From Limisphaerales bacterium (GTDB taxonomy: Bacteria; Verrucomicrobiota; Verrucomicrobiia; Limisphaerales; SIBE01), in NCBI GenBank assembly GCA_044225505.1, contig JBGAIN010000007.1, positions 1-64,000 on the forward strand: 64,000 bases of DNA. The letters run 5' to 3'. A program made the position numbers and the translations under genes. How positions within the stretch are numbered: position 1 is the first letter of the stretch; every line of letters begins with the position of its first letter. The notes beneath the pieces were generated by a model. The model was given only the letters and a program-made list of their open reading frames with translations, was not told the DNA's origin and ran no database searches. Positions 10,601-20,233 of this stretch are shown here, in pieces.

Positions 10601-13600
10601 AGGTTGCCCGCAGGCAAAGAGATCTGTCCAGGTGCACCTGGTTCTAAGTCATACCCGGAATTGATAATATTGCTGGCACCTTCTGTGCTCGCGAGAACGA
10701 TCCTTTTGTAGGTCGACATCAGGTTGGTCCCGGTTCCAAAACCAAGGCCGCTGTCCCGTTCCAGGACCAGGAATTGTTGCCGATTTAAAGCAAGGACCTC
10801 GCTCACTGGAGTGTTACGGTTAGTCTGCGCACTGCCATTGAGAGTCAGCTGGTAAACATACTCGGCGACCGGTTTGGTAAACGAAGGTGAATTCGTATCA
10901 ATGTCGAACATCAGTAGCCGAGTGTTGCGGCCGCTATTCCCGGCCCCAGCGTCTTGAATGGTCGGGCTCTGCAGCATCGCTACGAGGCGCTGCCCATCCG
11001 GCGTGATGCTTAGCCCTTCCAGACCACGATTGTTTCGGCGGCCAGACGTCGGAACGTTCGTTGCCGAGAAGTAGTTGGTGCCCGGATAAGCCCCGCGCTT
11101 GGGCAAGATGGCTGCGGGAGGCTGCAGCATGTATTCCAGCGACCCGTTGGCATCGAACTTGTAAACGAAAGGTCCATATTCATCACTAATGAAATAACTG
11201 CCGTCTGCCAAACGCACCAAGCCTTCGCCATCGAGACTGCGATGCCCCTGCCCAAGGCTATGGGCGGTGGACTGGGGGTAATTCGTCTGTGTCGAGGCGT
11301 CTGCGTCAAAGCCGGTATAGTTTGTTCCGTTGACGGTCAACAAAAGTGTGGCGGTGTTGCTGAGGATGACCTGGCTCTGGCCGGCGGGCTCAGCTCCGTA
11401 GTATGGGGCAACGGTCAGGTCGAACTTCTCGATACGCGGGAGGAAGTTTTGGGTCCCATCGCCGAAGCCCCGATCGGGAAGCGCATACAATGTCCCGTGA
11501 TAGGTATAGCCAGAAGCAGCATCTCCACTCCGAGCAAGACTTCTTGGGTCAACGAACATGCTAGACCCAACGCCCCCCAAAGTGTCCAAACCAGGCCCGC
11601 GCGCATCGAACGAATCGGCCGGGATCCTACCGACCCCAACAAGTCCATAACGGCTTGTTGACTGCGATGCGGGCAGAAGGGATGTGCCCGCGGCGCCGTG
11701 AGCAAAAATGGTTTTCACTTCGTCCGGGGCGATTACGCGCGCCCAAATGGCGACGTCGTCGATCTGGCCATCACTGATGCCAACGGCGTTGTTATCGGTA
11801 TACGTTCCCTTGCCATCCTGGCCAATGTTGATGGCTAGTCCGGCAGCGGCATCAATGCTGTCGAGATCTGCGGTCACCGCCGTATGATTGACGTCCGTTC
11901 CGTCGAGGTAAGTGATCGCGTCGCCTTTCCGCTTGAACGTCACAAGCACGTGGTGCCATTGCCCGTCGCTCAGTGTCCCGGCAGCGCCGTCATAGTCGTT
12001 CCGTGTCCTACCCCCCGCGTCCCCATCTCCAAGATTCCATTGCAGCCGTCCGTTGCCCGCGGTAGCGATGACCCAACCTTGATTTCCGCCACTAGTCCAA
12101 TCCTTATTGCCAATAAACGCAGGATCTCCAGTCCAGTTCGTAAAACGCGTCCAAAAGGAGACGCTGAAGTCCGCATCTTTGCCAAAATCCAGGGCTGTCG
12201 GATGTCCGAGCGTGACGTAGTTGAAAGAGTTGCCACTCTTGTCCGATGTAAAGCTCAACGCGTGGGTTCCCAGCTTGCCAGGAACGAATCCCGGCGTCCC
12301 GACGGCTGAGGCATTATGGCCTTGTCCCGATTTGTCTTCCAGCGAGTTATCGAAAGGAAGGTAAACTAGGAGCGCGTCCGTGACCGCCGTTTCCTCCACA
12401 TTCGCTCCGAAAACGGCTCCTTTGTGATAAATGGACGCAATCTCTTCCGGTGTTACCGCCCGCCGCCAAATGGCGACATCATCGATGGTCCCATCTGAGA
12501 TACTGACGGTATTGTTGTCCGTGTAGCTCCCAGTCCCGTCCTGACCGATGTTGACCGGGTATCCTGGTTCAACGACAGTCCCAGACCCCGGCAATTTCTG
12601 AGAATTCACTTGCGCGCCATCGACGAAAGTCGTCGCACTTCCACCGCGCTGATAAGAGACAGCGACATGATGCCATTGGCCATCGCTGATCAGGTTCGGA
12701 CCCGAGTCAAAATCCGCACGTTCCCCGACTTGTTCCTTCAGATTCCATTGGAAACGCCCATCCGCACCCGTGGCTAACGCCCAGCCCACTTTAGTCCCCT
12801 GCAGATTCCAATCCTTGTTCGCAATCAACACCGGATCACGCGTCCACTGACTGAACTTCACCCAAAGCGAAATAGTAAAGTCAATGTTCTGGGCGAAATC
12901 GAGATCTGCCGGTGTTCCCAAGGTCACATAGTTGAAAGCGGTTCCATCAGCCTTCTGTGAAAAGCGCAGGGCTTTGCCGCCAATTCGTCCGTCCACCAAG
13001 CTCGGACTGCCAACGGGAGTGCCGTCGTTGTGGTGTCCGGAAGCATCGGAATAGTCGTTGTCGAAGGTCAGATGAACTACCAAGCCTTGCTTGATATCGC
13101 TCACCAGCGTGAGGGCAGCGGCACTGCTCGTCGTGCTGAGCTTATTGCCCGCAGTCACCTGGACGGTATAGCTGCCGGCGTCCGCCGCGACCGTTCGATT
13201 CAAGGTTAGGGTAGCATTCGTTGCGCCCGAGATGGTCGCGCCGTCTTTAAACCACTGGTAGGTAAGCGGAGTGACCCCACGTGCCTTGGACGAAAACGAG
13301 ACCGCACCGCCTACTGGAGCCGCAGCGGGCACTGGCGACTCCGTCAACTCCGGAGCTTGCGAGGAATCGACGTTCACGGAAACCGGATCGCTTGTCACAC
13401 GACCGACGGCATTGGTGATTTCGACAGTGTAGGAACCAGCATCGGAGTCCTGTACATTTTCCAAGGTGAGAATTGCGCCCGTCGCATTGGTGAGCTGCAC
13501 CGTATCGCGCCGCCAAATGTAAGTAAATGGAGAGCTTCCCGCGGGCAACACCTTCAACGAAACGGCATTTCCCGCTAGAACGGTCTGCTCAAGGGGCCGG

Positions 13601-14421
13601 GTGCGGATCGTGGGTAGCTCAGGTTGTGAAACAACGGTCGTCAGATCCTTGCCTTGAGCCCCTGCGTCAAATATGGCTTTCGCCTCCGTCGCCGTCAGTG
13701 CACGTCGCCAGATCCCAAGGTCATCCATGAGCAGGTCGTCGACTCCCGCTGTTCCCCCGTCCGTGTAGTGCGCCGTCCCGTCCTGACCTAGGTTTGTGGC
13801 CTGACCCGCCGGCGTGTCAACGTTGTTTAAGCTAAAGGAGACGTCCCTCGAATCGACCTCGTTTCCGTCCAGATACGTGGTGACCAGACCGGCACGCAAG
13901 AACGAGATCAAGATATGATGCCAATTGCCGTCGCTGATCGTATTCGCTGGCCCGTCATAGTCTTTGCGTCCGCCTGGCGCGCCGCTATAATTCCATTGGA
14001 GTCGACCATCCGTTCCCGTGGCGATGGCATAGCCCTGATAAGCGCCGCTCGTCCAGTCTTTGTTGCTGATCAAAAGTGGGTCAAATGTCCACTGATTGAA
14101 TCTAGCCCAGAAAGAAATCGTGAAGTCGGTCTCCGTTCCGAAATTAAGGTCCGGCCGTGTTCCAAGCGTCACGTAGTTCAGAACGGTCCCATCCTTTTTC
14201 GAAACCAAGGCCACGGCATTGGTCCCGACTTTTCCCGGAACAAGTTTTGGCGCACCGACCGCAACGCCGTCATTCCCACGGCCTGATGAATCGGTTAAGT
14301 CCTGGTCAAAAGCGAGATGCACGACCAGGTTGTCGGTGATGCCGCCGTGTGACTCAGGCACCAGTGCTCCTGGGGCGAGAAGACCACCGGCTAAGGCGGT
14401 AACGAGGAATAGGTGTTTCAT
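7663..14421 (-). CDS. Giant secreted multidomain phosphatase: LamG x3, Ig domains, phytase-like esterase, 5'-nucleotidase, C-terminal FY[RQ]L domain
   Basis: Signal peptide MKHLFLVTALAGGLL; three LamG repeats (DGxWHH, IGQDG, DDxxIW); phytase-like motifs LPDRG, DGEGL, ISDEYGP, NRGLEG, EKWEG, NDNDF; nucleotidase motifs LHGSDFE, AGDDW, GNHEFD, NGGGIR; ends RFYQLRRTD. Confidence 0.85.
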   Translation of the reverse strand: MKHLFLVTALAGGLLAPGALVPESHGGITDNLVVHLAFDQDLTDSSGRGNDGVAVGAPKLVPGKVGTNAVALVSKKDGTVLNYVTLGTRPDLNFGTETDFTISFWARFNQWTFDPLLISNKDWTSGAYQGYAIATGTDGRLQWNYSGAPGGRKDYDGPANTISDGNWHHILISFLRAGLVTTYLDGNEVDSRDVSFSLNNVDTPAGQATNLGQDGTAHYTDGGTAGVDDLLMDDLGIWRRALTATEAKAIFDAGAQGKDLTTVVSQPELPTIRTRPLEQTVLAGNAVSLKVLPAGSSPFTYIWRRDTVQLTNATGAILTLENVQDSDAGSYTVEITNAVGRVTSDPVSVNVDSSQAPELTESPVPAAAPVGGAVSFSSKARGVTPLTYQWFKDGATISGATNATLTLNRTVAADAGSYTVQVTAGNKLSTTSSAAALTLVSDIKQGLVVHLTFDNDYSDASGHHNDGTPVGSPSLVDGRIGGKALRFSQKADGTAFNYVTLGTPADLDFAQNIDFTISLWVKFSQWTRDPVLIANKDWNLQGTKVGWALATGADGRFQWNLKEQVGERADFDSGPNLISDGQWHHVAVSYQRGGSATTFVDGAQVNSQKLPGSGTVVEPGYPVNIGQDGTGSYTDNNTVSISDGTIDDVAIWRRAVTPEEIASIYHKGAVFGANVEETAVTDALLVYLPFDNSLEDKSGQGHNASAVGTPGFVPGKLGTHALSFTSDKSGNSFNYVTLGHPTALDFGKDADFSVSFWTRFTNWTGDPAFIGNKDWTSGGNQGWVIATAGNGRLQWNLGDGDAGGRTRNDYDGAAGTLSDGQWHHVLVTFKRKGDAITYLDGTDVNHTAVTADLDSIDAAAGLAINIGQDGKGTYTDNNAVGISDGQIDDVAIWARVIAPDEVKTIFAHGAAGTSLLPASQSTSRYGLVGVGRIPADSFDARGPGLDTLGGVGSSMFVDPRSLARSGDAASGYTYHGTLYALPDRGFGDGTQNFLPRIEKFDLTVAPYYGAEPAGQSQVILSNTATLLLTVNGTNYTGFDADASTQTNYPQSTAHSLGQGHRSLDGEGLVRLADGSYFISDEYGPFVYKFDANGSLEYMLQPPAAILPKRGAYPGTNYFSATNVPTSGRRNNRGLEGLSITPDGQRLVAMLQSPTIQDAGAGNSGRNTRLLMFDIDTNSPSFTKPVAEYVYQLTLNGSAQTNRNTPVSEVLALNRQQFLVLERDSGLGFGTGTNLMSTYKRIVLASTEGASNIINSGYDLEPGAPGQISLPAGNLPSDVAPLKRTDLVDILDPAQLAKFGLNNSTNQNTNTLSEKWEGLALIPLNEPEAPDDFLLLVMNDNDFKAPIVYHNGVPVGTNDPPVDTMVLAYRVALPNYNAPVPANALPGVILAGPTNSVLSSPLTLTLTARAVDPDGLVTNVVFWSGSNQLSQSATYPFQITFTNPPAGELSVYAVVYDNQGASATSAVYNTSIVLSQQPPIVALAQPTNGTSVLAPVNLVVRANASDVDGWVSRVEFQRDGVKVGTVTNSPFALTLTNHSLGSFGYTAVATDNQGLVSTSAVSVVTIGRAVNAGAFTLQILHGSDFEAGIPALQDAPRFSSVLTALKSEYPTNTVVLAAGDDWIVGPFFYASSDPAAPYVGKGRGDVMILNALGVQASAVGNHEFDDTPATFRDLLRASGTYPGTAFPFLSANLDFSKDSSTSGLIAADAQDYRQVTNKVAKSCLINVGGQTIGVVGATTADFRAITSAGSIGVETNIAAAVQGAVDQLLARGINKIVLVTQLQQIANEFALAEQLHDVDVIIAGGSDTILSKETDRLRTGDERQGDYPEVFTSKSGEPVHVVSTDGNYRYVGRLVLTFDNQGIISSVSTNSGAFATDEQGVTATGNLPPIPAVLAITTNLQQIIVAKDGNMFGTTLVYLNGLRSSVRTEEANLGNLSADANLWYAQQFDANASLSLKNGGGIRDSIGAISSSGVRVPPPANPLVSKETGDVSQLDIENALRFNNALSLITITAQELRDAAEWGVAAVAPGATPGQFPQIGGFWFSYNPTNAPMTYTRDSNNIPTAIAQTGARVQSLVATRADGSLDLVVENGSLVGDPNRTFRMVTLDFLASGGDNYFPLTLGSNRLDLATSTNRVFSTVGGEQWALATYLTNIQVYADADLPPSADRRIQSLALRQDTVTWPLLTQITPGAGTTVYFTTLPDKHYQVWAAEAIGGPWTNLTTTPLAGTGRLVSYTDTTALTSKRFYQLRRTD

Positions 14422-14492
14422 ACTTTTTTTGCCGGTCTGTTTTGATGTGTCTTTGCGATTAGGGGCGGGTCGTTGCTTGAGTGCTAATCTAG

Positions 14493-15329
14493 TTAGAAAC
14501 GAGGCGAATCGATCGGTGCGTCCCCTGTGTACCATCGATAGTCAACGCCTTTGGTTCGCTTGATCGTCGAGACGTTTCCGGGGATCCACAGCGTGCTGCA
14601 CCGCTGGTTGTGACGAAACCATTCGAACTCCATCTGCCGACCAGGATAGAACCCGGCCAGCTTAAGCTTCCATTGGAGTAGGCATTCCTGATACCCGGGC
14701 CAGAGGCCCAGCGTGTCTTCGGGGCCTTCGGTTCTTTGCTCCGCGGCGTCTTGAACCAACACGGTGGTTTGAGGGTTCAGCAAAGAGGTGATGCGGCGCG
14801 CCCTGCTCGGGCTAACGTCCGGATTCACTCCCGCGTAGACGTTGAAGCCATAACTGGACTCCAGCCAGTACTCGTGCGGAAAGTTAAGGCCAAGCTCTCG
14901 CCACTCATCGACCACCCGAGCGCTTGGACAACGGAATGTCCGGCGTGTGCCCGCGAAGTAGGGCAGATAGGCCAGCCCCCAATAGGCGATTTGGGCGTGG
15001 TTGACATTGTTTAGGTCAAGCAACTCTTTCGCCCTTGGGCTCAGCGTCCATTGTCCGCCGTTGGGAACAGTGGCATTGCCGTCGAACATGTAATAGAAGA
15101 AAAAGTCGCTCGCATCCTGCGAGTAGAGCGTGGTCCCAAGCCCGATCTGTCGAAGATTATTAATGCAACTTGCCTGTCGCGCCTTCTCTTTTGCCTTTGC
15201 CAATGCAGGGAGGAGCAAACTCGCCAGAATCGCAATAATGGCAATCACCACAAGCAGCTCAACGAGAGTAAAGGCAGGTTCTAAACATCTCTTGCAAGGC
15301 AACGTGCGTGGGCTTTTTGGGGGTCGCAT
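14493..15329 (-). CDS. Prepilin-type N-terminal cleavage/methylation protein
   Basis: [34 protein letters not shown]-terminal H-X9-PG variant ([12 protein letters not shown]). Confidence 0.9.
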   Translation of the reverse strand: MRPPKSPRTLPCKRCLEPAFTLVELLVVIAIIAILASLLLPALAKAKEKARQASCINNLRQIGLGTTLYSQDASDFFFYYMFDGNATVPNGGQWTLSPRAKELLDLNNVNHAQIAYWGLAYLPYFAGTRRTFRCPSARVVDEWRELGLNFPHEYWLESSYGFNVYAGVNPDVSPSRARRITSLLNPQTTVLVQDAAEQRTEGPEDTLGLWPGYQECLLQWKLKLAGFYPGRQMEFEWFRHNQRCSTLWIPGNVSTIKRTKGVDYRWYTGDAPIDSPRF

Positions 15330-15429
15330 ACTGCCGTTACACCGCAGGGTTCCTTTGAGTCCGGAACTGGCGAAGAACCTTCATTTCCAGGAAGTCTTTC
15401 AATCCGCCGTGGCAGCGGTAAGTCGAATT

Positions 15430-15489
15430 TGCAACGATTCAGTGAACTCTCCCCCGGATCTCCGAACTTGAGTTTACCGAATCGTTACT
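15430..15489. promoter_or_regulatory. Inverted pair of operator-like boxes between divergent genes
   Basis: Reverse complement of 15430-15448 (AGTTCACTGAATCGTTGCA) closely resembles 15471-15489 (AGTTTACCGAATCGTTACT); the latter is TTTAC-N6-GTTAC. Confidence 0.45.
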
Positions 15490-15569
15490 AGCGAACCGGC
15501 GCATCCTGCGCAGATTGACATTCTCGAGCGCTGGGCGCTGATCCTGGCCGAAGAACCAAGAAGATTACT

Positions 15570-15851
15570 ATGAAAGTCCTTGTCCACAACGTTAAGGCGA
15601 ATACGTATTTTCAGGGTGGAATAGCCTGGACTTGCAACCCAATCCAAGCATTCGATTTCGAAACCCCCAACGCAGCGGAGGGTTTCTGCCGGGACAACGA
15701 CCTGGTCCATGTTGAAATCATCCTACAACCAACAGAGCGGCGTAGGAGTGGCGTGCGACTTAAGCTACGATTGCGAGGCACTGGACTCGACGTCGAGGGC
15801 GTCCTCGCCCTCCCGAACTTTTCACGCGGAGGGATGGAATCTCGGCAATGA
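15570..15851 (+). CDS. Small hypothetical protein
   Basis: ATG ORF with protein-like composition (MKVLVHN..WT...AFDF); resembles small verrucomicrobial hypothetical proteins. Confidence 0.55.
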   Translation: MKVLVHNVKANTYFQGGIAWTCNPIQAFDFETPNAAEGFCRDNDLVHVEIILQPTERRRSGVRLKLRLRGTGLDVEGVLALPNFSRGGMESRQ

Positions 15852-15877
15852 CGTGAATCCCACGACCGAATTGCTCC

Positions 15878-16129
15878 TCAGAGTTGCTTGGATACCGTCC
15901 GGCCTGAGCGGCGACGCGTCCGACGAGCAACGAAAACGTAGCCCAAGGCGCCGCCCACCTGGAGGGTCAGACCTAAGATGACGCAAACTCGTTGCCGACT
16001 TCTGACCGGTCGGCCGTGATCCGCGGCGACCGGCGACGATTCAGAGTTGCCCAGAAGCGGCCCCACAGCAACGGTGCCTAGGCCGGCCAGGAAAACGGCC
16101 AAAAAGAGAACGCGTAAACGTCGTCGCAT
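15878..16129 (-). CDS. Small hypothetical membrane protein
   Basis: Two hydrophobic stretches flanked by basic residues. Confidence 0.35.
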   Translation of the reverse strand: MRRRLRVLFLAVFLAGLGTVAVGPLLGNSESSPVAADHGRPVRSRQRVCVILGLTLQVGGALGYVFVARRTRRRSGRTVSKQL

Positions 16130-16401
16130 AATAGGTGACAGGCCGAGTGAGACGATAAAACGGGCGTGAACCCAACCAGCCGTCTCGATAAGCCCGGGAA
16201 CAAAGTTTTGAACCCTGCCTTTGATAGTTAACGTCGGTTACAAGTCCGCGCCGTTTTCGTTAAGCTCTGGAAAAGCTTCGGATTATCGTCCGTCAGCGCC
16301 GCGAAGATACTGACCCAAACGCGAGCCGGATCCAGGCAACGCGATCGCCTGCGCTGATCATGGCAGAACCATCGCCAGACATCAGGGTTGGTGACCGCGC
16401 C

Positions 16402-16998
16402 TCAATGCTTGACCAATCTATAGAAACGTCCCTCTTCCAGAGTCAATTGGACCGTCTGACGACCACCACTGACGACAGGAGGAGTCAGCTCATTTTGCCA
16501 GAAGTAGCTTTCACCGAGTCCCTGGGATTGTTGAAGCACAAAACCGGCGCTTGTGTCCGGCCAAGAAAGCTCGAGGTGCGAGTTCACGATGCGCACGTCG
16601 AGTGCCGGCGATGCGGAAACTCCCGGTAACCGTGGCTCAACCCGGAATTGACTGACAATGGCAGGCACACGTGAAAGCACATCGGAGCCGACATGACGGG
16701 TAGAATAATAGTCGATTCCGTAGGTTGTGACCGTCAGTGCTGTGGGCGACGGAGTTACGGTCACGTTCCGGCGTGCATACGTGCCTCGGCTCTTCAACCG
16801 GCCGAGCCCTTGATCCGCACGAAGAACACCGTTCGTGAGATAGGTTTCAAACAAACGGGGGGGCGCACCGTCCAACGAAATCAAGACTGTCTTCGGAGCT
16901 GCCCAAGCACCGGTGACTGCCAGCAACGTGAGCCATCCTAGAGCGACCCTACAGAAGCGTCGGGACGCGGACCATGGATTTTGGGTTGCACCTTTCAT
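16402..16998 (-). pseudogene. Internally deleted multidomain alkaline-phosphatase-superfamily gene (in-frame remnant)
   Basis: Signal peptide and NPP-type start (VLISLDGA...NVTVTPSPTA) are joined directly to a PhoD-like tail (LTVTTYGIDYY...IVSQFRV) and an FYRL C-terminal domain; the catalytic cores are missing. Confidence 0.6.
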
Positions 16999-17074
16999 AT
17001 GGGAACACGAGTGATCCGGAACCGGTTAAAGTTGGTAACGGCTCTTAGCGCGCTCAAAACATTGACCCGTTCTT

Positions 17075-17101
17075 GTGACGTTATCACTGCGAACCGGTAA
17101 A
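17075..17101 (-). promoter_or_regulatory. Pho-box-like array upstream of the phosphatase remnant
   Basis: Minus strand TTTAC-N6-GCAGT-N6-GTCAC; shares the exact 11-mer ACCGGTTCGCA with the 7457-7472 box. Confidence 0.4.
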
Positions 17102-17317
17102 CCGCGGTGAACTCTCGAAACACGCTGCCCCCCATTCCGCCCACATCCCTGGAAGAGGCGAACGCCATTCGCGCCGCCACTGCTGCGACGCTTCGTGAGT
17201 TGCTGACACGGTCGCTGCAGCCTGAATTGTCAATGAATCGTGTCGATCACGTGAATTCGCAGTGTCAATCGCCATCTTCATTGACGGCTAAAGCGACTGT
17301 TCGGCAGGATCGAGTGG

Positions 17318-18541
17318 ATGCAAACTCTCCCGATCAGGGCTGCACACCACCGCCTCGCGAGCTGGATGACGCGAAAGATCTTCTCCTACGTTCACGGGAA
17401 TTACCTGGTCTATAATTGTTGCTGGGAAGATCCGCGTCTGGATCGAGAGGCGATGGAATTGGGGCCGAACGACGAAATTGTCCTGATTACTTCCGCAGGG
17501 TGCAATGCGCTGGATTATGCACTCGATAATCCACGTCGCATCTACGCGGTGGATTTGAACTACCGACAGAATGCGCTGCTGGAGCTCAAGCTCGCGGGCA
17601 TTCGCAAGTTGGATTTCGAACAATTTTTCAGCTTGTTCGGTGAAGGGGGGCATCGTGACTTTCCTCAATGGTATCGTGATCAACTTCGACACGAGCTCAC
17701 GCCGCAAGCGAGGCAGTTTTGGGATCGTCGGCAGCATTACCTTGACCGGCGACATTCCCAAACCACGTTTTACCGCTATGGGACTACCGGGGTCTTTGCG
17801 CGAATGGTGGTGAATTACCTCAAACTGGCGCGAGTACATCTCGACGCTCTGAGGTTGTTCGACACTCAGTCGCTCGAAGAACAACGCGAGATCTACTTCA
17901 CTCGGGTCCACGATCGCTTTTGGAAATTAGCTTTCAAGCGGGCGATGCGGACGGACGTAATGCTTAGCCTGCTTGGGATTCCTAAAGCTCAGCGCGACTA
18001 TCTGGAGAAGAAATGCTCTCGAACGGTCGCTGATTTCATGGAAGACTGCATGGAGGCCGTCTTTACGCGGTTGCCCACCGCGGACAATTATTTCTGGCGG
18101 GTCTATTTGTTCGGTCAGTACTCAAAATCCTGCTGCCCCGAATATTTGAAGGAGCCGAATTTCAACCGCCTCCGCGCCGGGCTCGCCGACCGGATCGAAA
18201 TTCATACCAATGATCTGACGAGCTTTCTAGTTTCTCATCAGACGCCCCTCTCGCGGTTTGTCCTGCTCGATCACATGGACTGGATGAGCCATCAACACCC
18301 ATCACTCCTGCAGCAGGAATGGCAGGCGATCCTGGATCGCGCCAGCGCCGGAGCTCGATTCCTCTGGCGTAGCGCGGGATTCCACGTGGACTATGTTGAC
18401 CCAATCAGAGTTCGTAGAGAACAGAGCTTCTGCCAAGTCGGGGATCTGCTGCGCTACGACCACAGCACGGCCAACCACTGTCATTCCCGGGATCGAGTCC
18501 ATACTTATGGGAGTTTCTACGTCGCCCACTTGGCTGCCTGA
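17318..18541 (+). CDS. btaA: BtaA/DUF3419 SAM:diacylglycerol 3-amino-3-carboxypropyltransferase (betaine lipid synthesis)
   Basis: LVYNCCWEDPRLD, ITSAGCNALDY, AVDLN..QNALLELK, DNYFW, LLDHMDWM, DRVHTYGSF. Confidence 0.85.
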   Translation: MQTLPIRAAHHRLASWMTRKIFSYVHGNYLVYNCCWEDPRLDREAMELGPNDEIVLITSAGCNALDYALDNPRRIYAVDLNYRQNALLELKLAGIRKLDFEQFFSLFGEGGHRDFPQWYRDQLRHELTPQARQFWDRRQHYLDRRHSQTTFYRYGTTGVFARMVVNYLKLARVHLDALRLFDTQSLEEQREIYFTRVHDRFWKLAFKRAMRTDVMLSLLGIPKAQRDYLEKKCSRTVADFMEDCMEAVFTRLPTADNYFWRVYLFGQYSKSCCPEYLKEPNFNRLRAGLADRIEIHTNDLTSFLVSHQTPLSRFVLLDHMDWMSHQHPSLLQQEWQAILDRASAGARFLWRSAGFHVDYVDPIRVRREQSFCQVGDLLRYDHSTANHCHSRDRVHTYGSFYVAHLAA

Positions 18542-19727
18542 ACGACCGTTCGCGAACGAACCTGCGCGCCCGACTGATCAACCTGAACGAGGACTCCCGA
18601 AGGTGCGTTGGGGAGCGTCAGCCGCGGACTCAACCACAGGACTGGCTTCTGAGGGGAAAGACTATTGGCGAACGCTGCTGAAAGATGGCCCAGCGACTGT
18701 CGCGCCGAACTTTCGGGTTACGCCCGGGACCATCTCGTGCCAGAACGCCGTTTTCCCCATCACCGCCACAGACTGTCCGGCCGGGAATGCCTATCCTTGT
18801 TCTTTGCACACCCAATATGTTCGCTATCCCGTCGTCGAGCTTGGACTCATAGCCTCCACCTGGAAGCGCTTGGCCGCTCGGTTAGCGCTGCATTTCCTGC
18901 GTTGGCCCTTGGCTTGCGCCGCTTTGGACCGCACAGTTCAGTGGAACAGTTGGCTGCTCTCCACTAATCTAATCTCTGACTCTTTGCCCTATGCCATCGC
19001 GGACGCCACGTCCCTGCTCGTCGAACATTGTCCCAACCACGCTGTGCTCCTGAAAAATATCAACGTAGAACAGCATCAATCGTTGCTGTCGGCGTTGAAG
19101 GAGTCGGGCTATACACTAATAACCAGCCGTATCGTCTACCTCTTCGATGGCCAGAGCCGGAGCTACCTTCAGAAGAGCCCGGTAAAGCGCGACCGCAAAT
19201 TGATCGCGGAACGATCGGAATACCAACTTGTTGAACATGAGGATTTCACGTTGGAGGATGTTCCGCGCATAACGCACCTGTATCACAAGCTCTATCTTGA
19301 AAAGCATTCGATGTTGAATCCGCAATATACGGACCGGTTTGTGGAACACGCCTTGGAACGTCACTGGTTGGAATTTCGCGGCCTCAGACACCGATCGGGA
19401 CGAATCGACGCTGTCTACGGGTGCTTTCAAATGGGAAACACGCTCTCTACTCCCTTCGTCGGTTACGATACTTCCTTGCCTCAAGATGCAGGGCTATATC
19501 GGATGCTCGTCGCGATGCTCCTTGAACGCACGGCAGAAAAGCAACTCTTGCTGAACTACAGCTCGGGCGCCGGAGAATTTAAACGTCGTCGCGGTGGAAC
19601 CCGCACAACGGAGTTCAACGCGGTTTACACTAAGCATCTGCCTGCAATTCGTCAGGCAGGGTTTCAGTTGCTCACTCAACTAGTGAACCGCATCGCGGCA
19701 CCGTTTATGATAAGAGAAGGCCTTTAG
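18538..19727 (+). CDS. GNAT-like (FemAB/Acetyltransf_6-type) protein
   Basis: Motifs NSWLLSTNL, SRIVYLFD, LYLEKHSMLNPQYT, TPFVGYD, GLYRML, SSGAGEFKRRRG. Start is uncertain; the ORF track begins at 18393 inside btaA. Confidence 0.65.
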
Positions 19728-20211
19728 GAGTCATGAGTCGTTTTCTAGGATCGACGTGCCGAATAATTTCCCGTCGAGCGGCGAGTCATTAGAAGCTTTG
19801 CAGATTTGGGTGGCGCTCTTGGTCGACCGGGAAACCTTGTTAGACGACGCCATCGTGGCTCGTTAAACGCGTCAATCCCGCTCAAAATACGCCTCCCATA
19901 ACCCCAGCGGTTTCCTGGCCAAGGGCGATGCACCAGGAAAGTGGCCTAAATTCGGGCGGTCTTGCTCCGCTCGTTACCCTGAATTAACGCTCGCAATTCC
20001 AAGCAACCGCTCGGCGGAAATGGCGAAGGCAGCGGAGCTTCGCTCCTCCCACAGCCAAGGCACGGAAGCGTCTTAAACCGTTCAATTGCAACCCAGCACG
20101 TCATCATTGTCTCAGCGATAGGGAAAGCGACACCAGATTAATCCGCCAGAGTCGATACGGCGACTCGCAACGCCAGGAAGGGACGGTATCGCCTTTCGGG
20201 GGACGGAAGGG

Positions 20212-20233
20212 TTTGTCACGCAAACGTGACAAA
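20212..20233. promoter_or_regulatory. Perfect palindromic operator candidate
   Basis: TTTGTCACG-CAAA-CGTGACAAA, ~150 bp upstream of the acyltransferase ATG. Confidence 0.45.
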
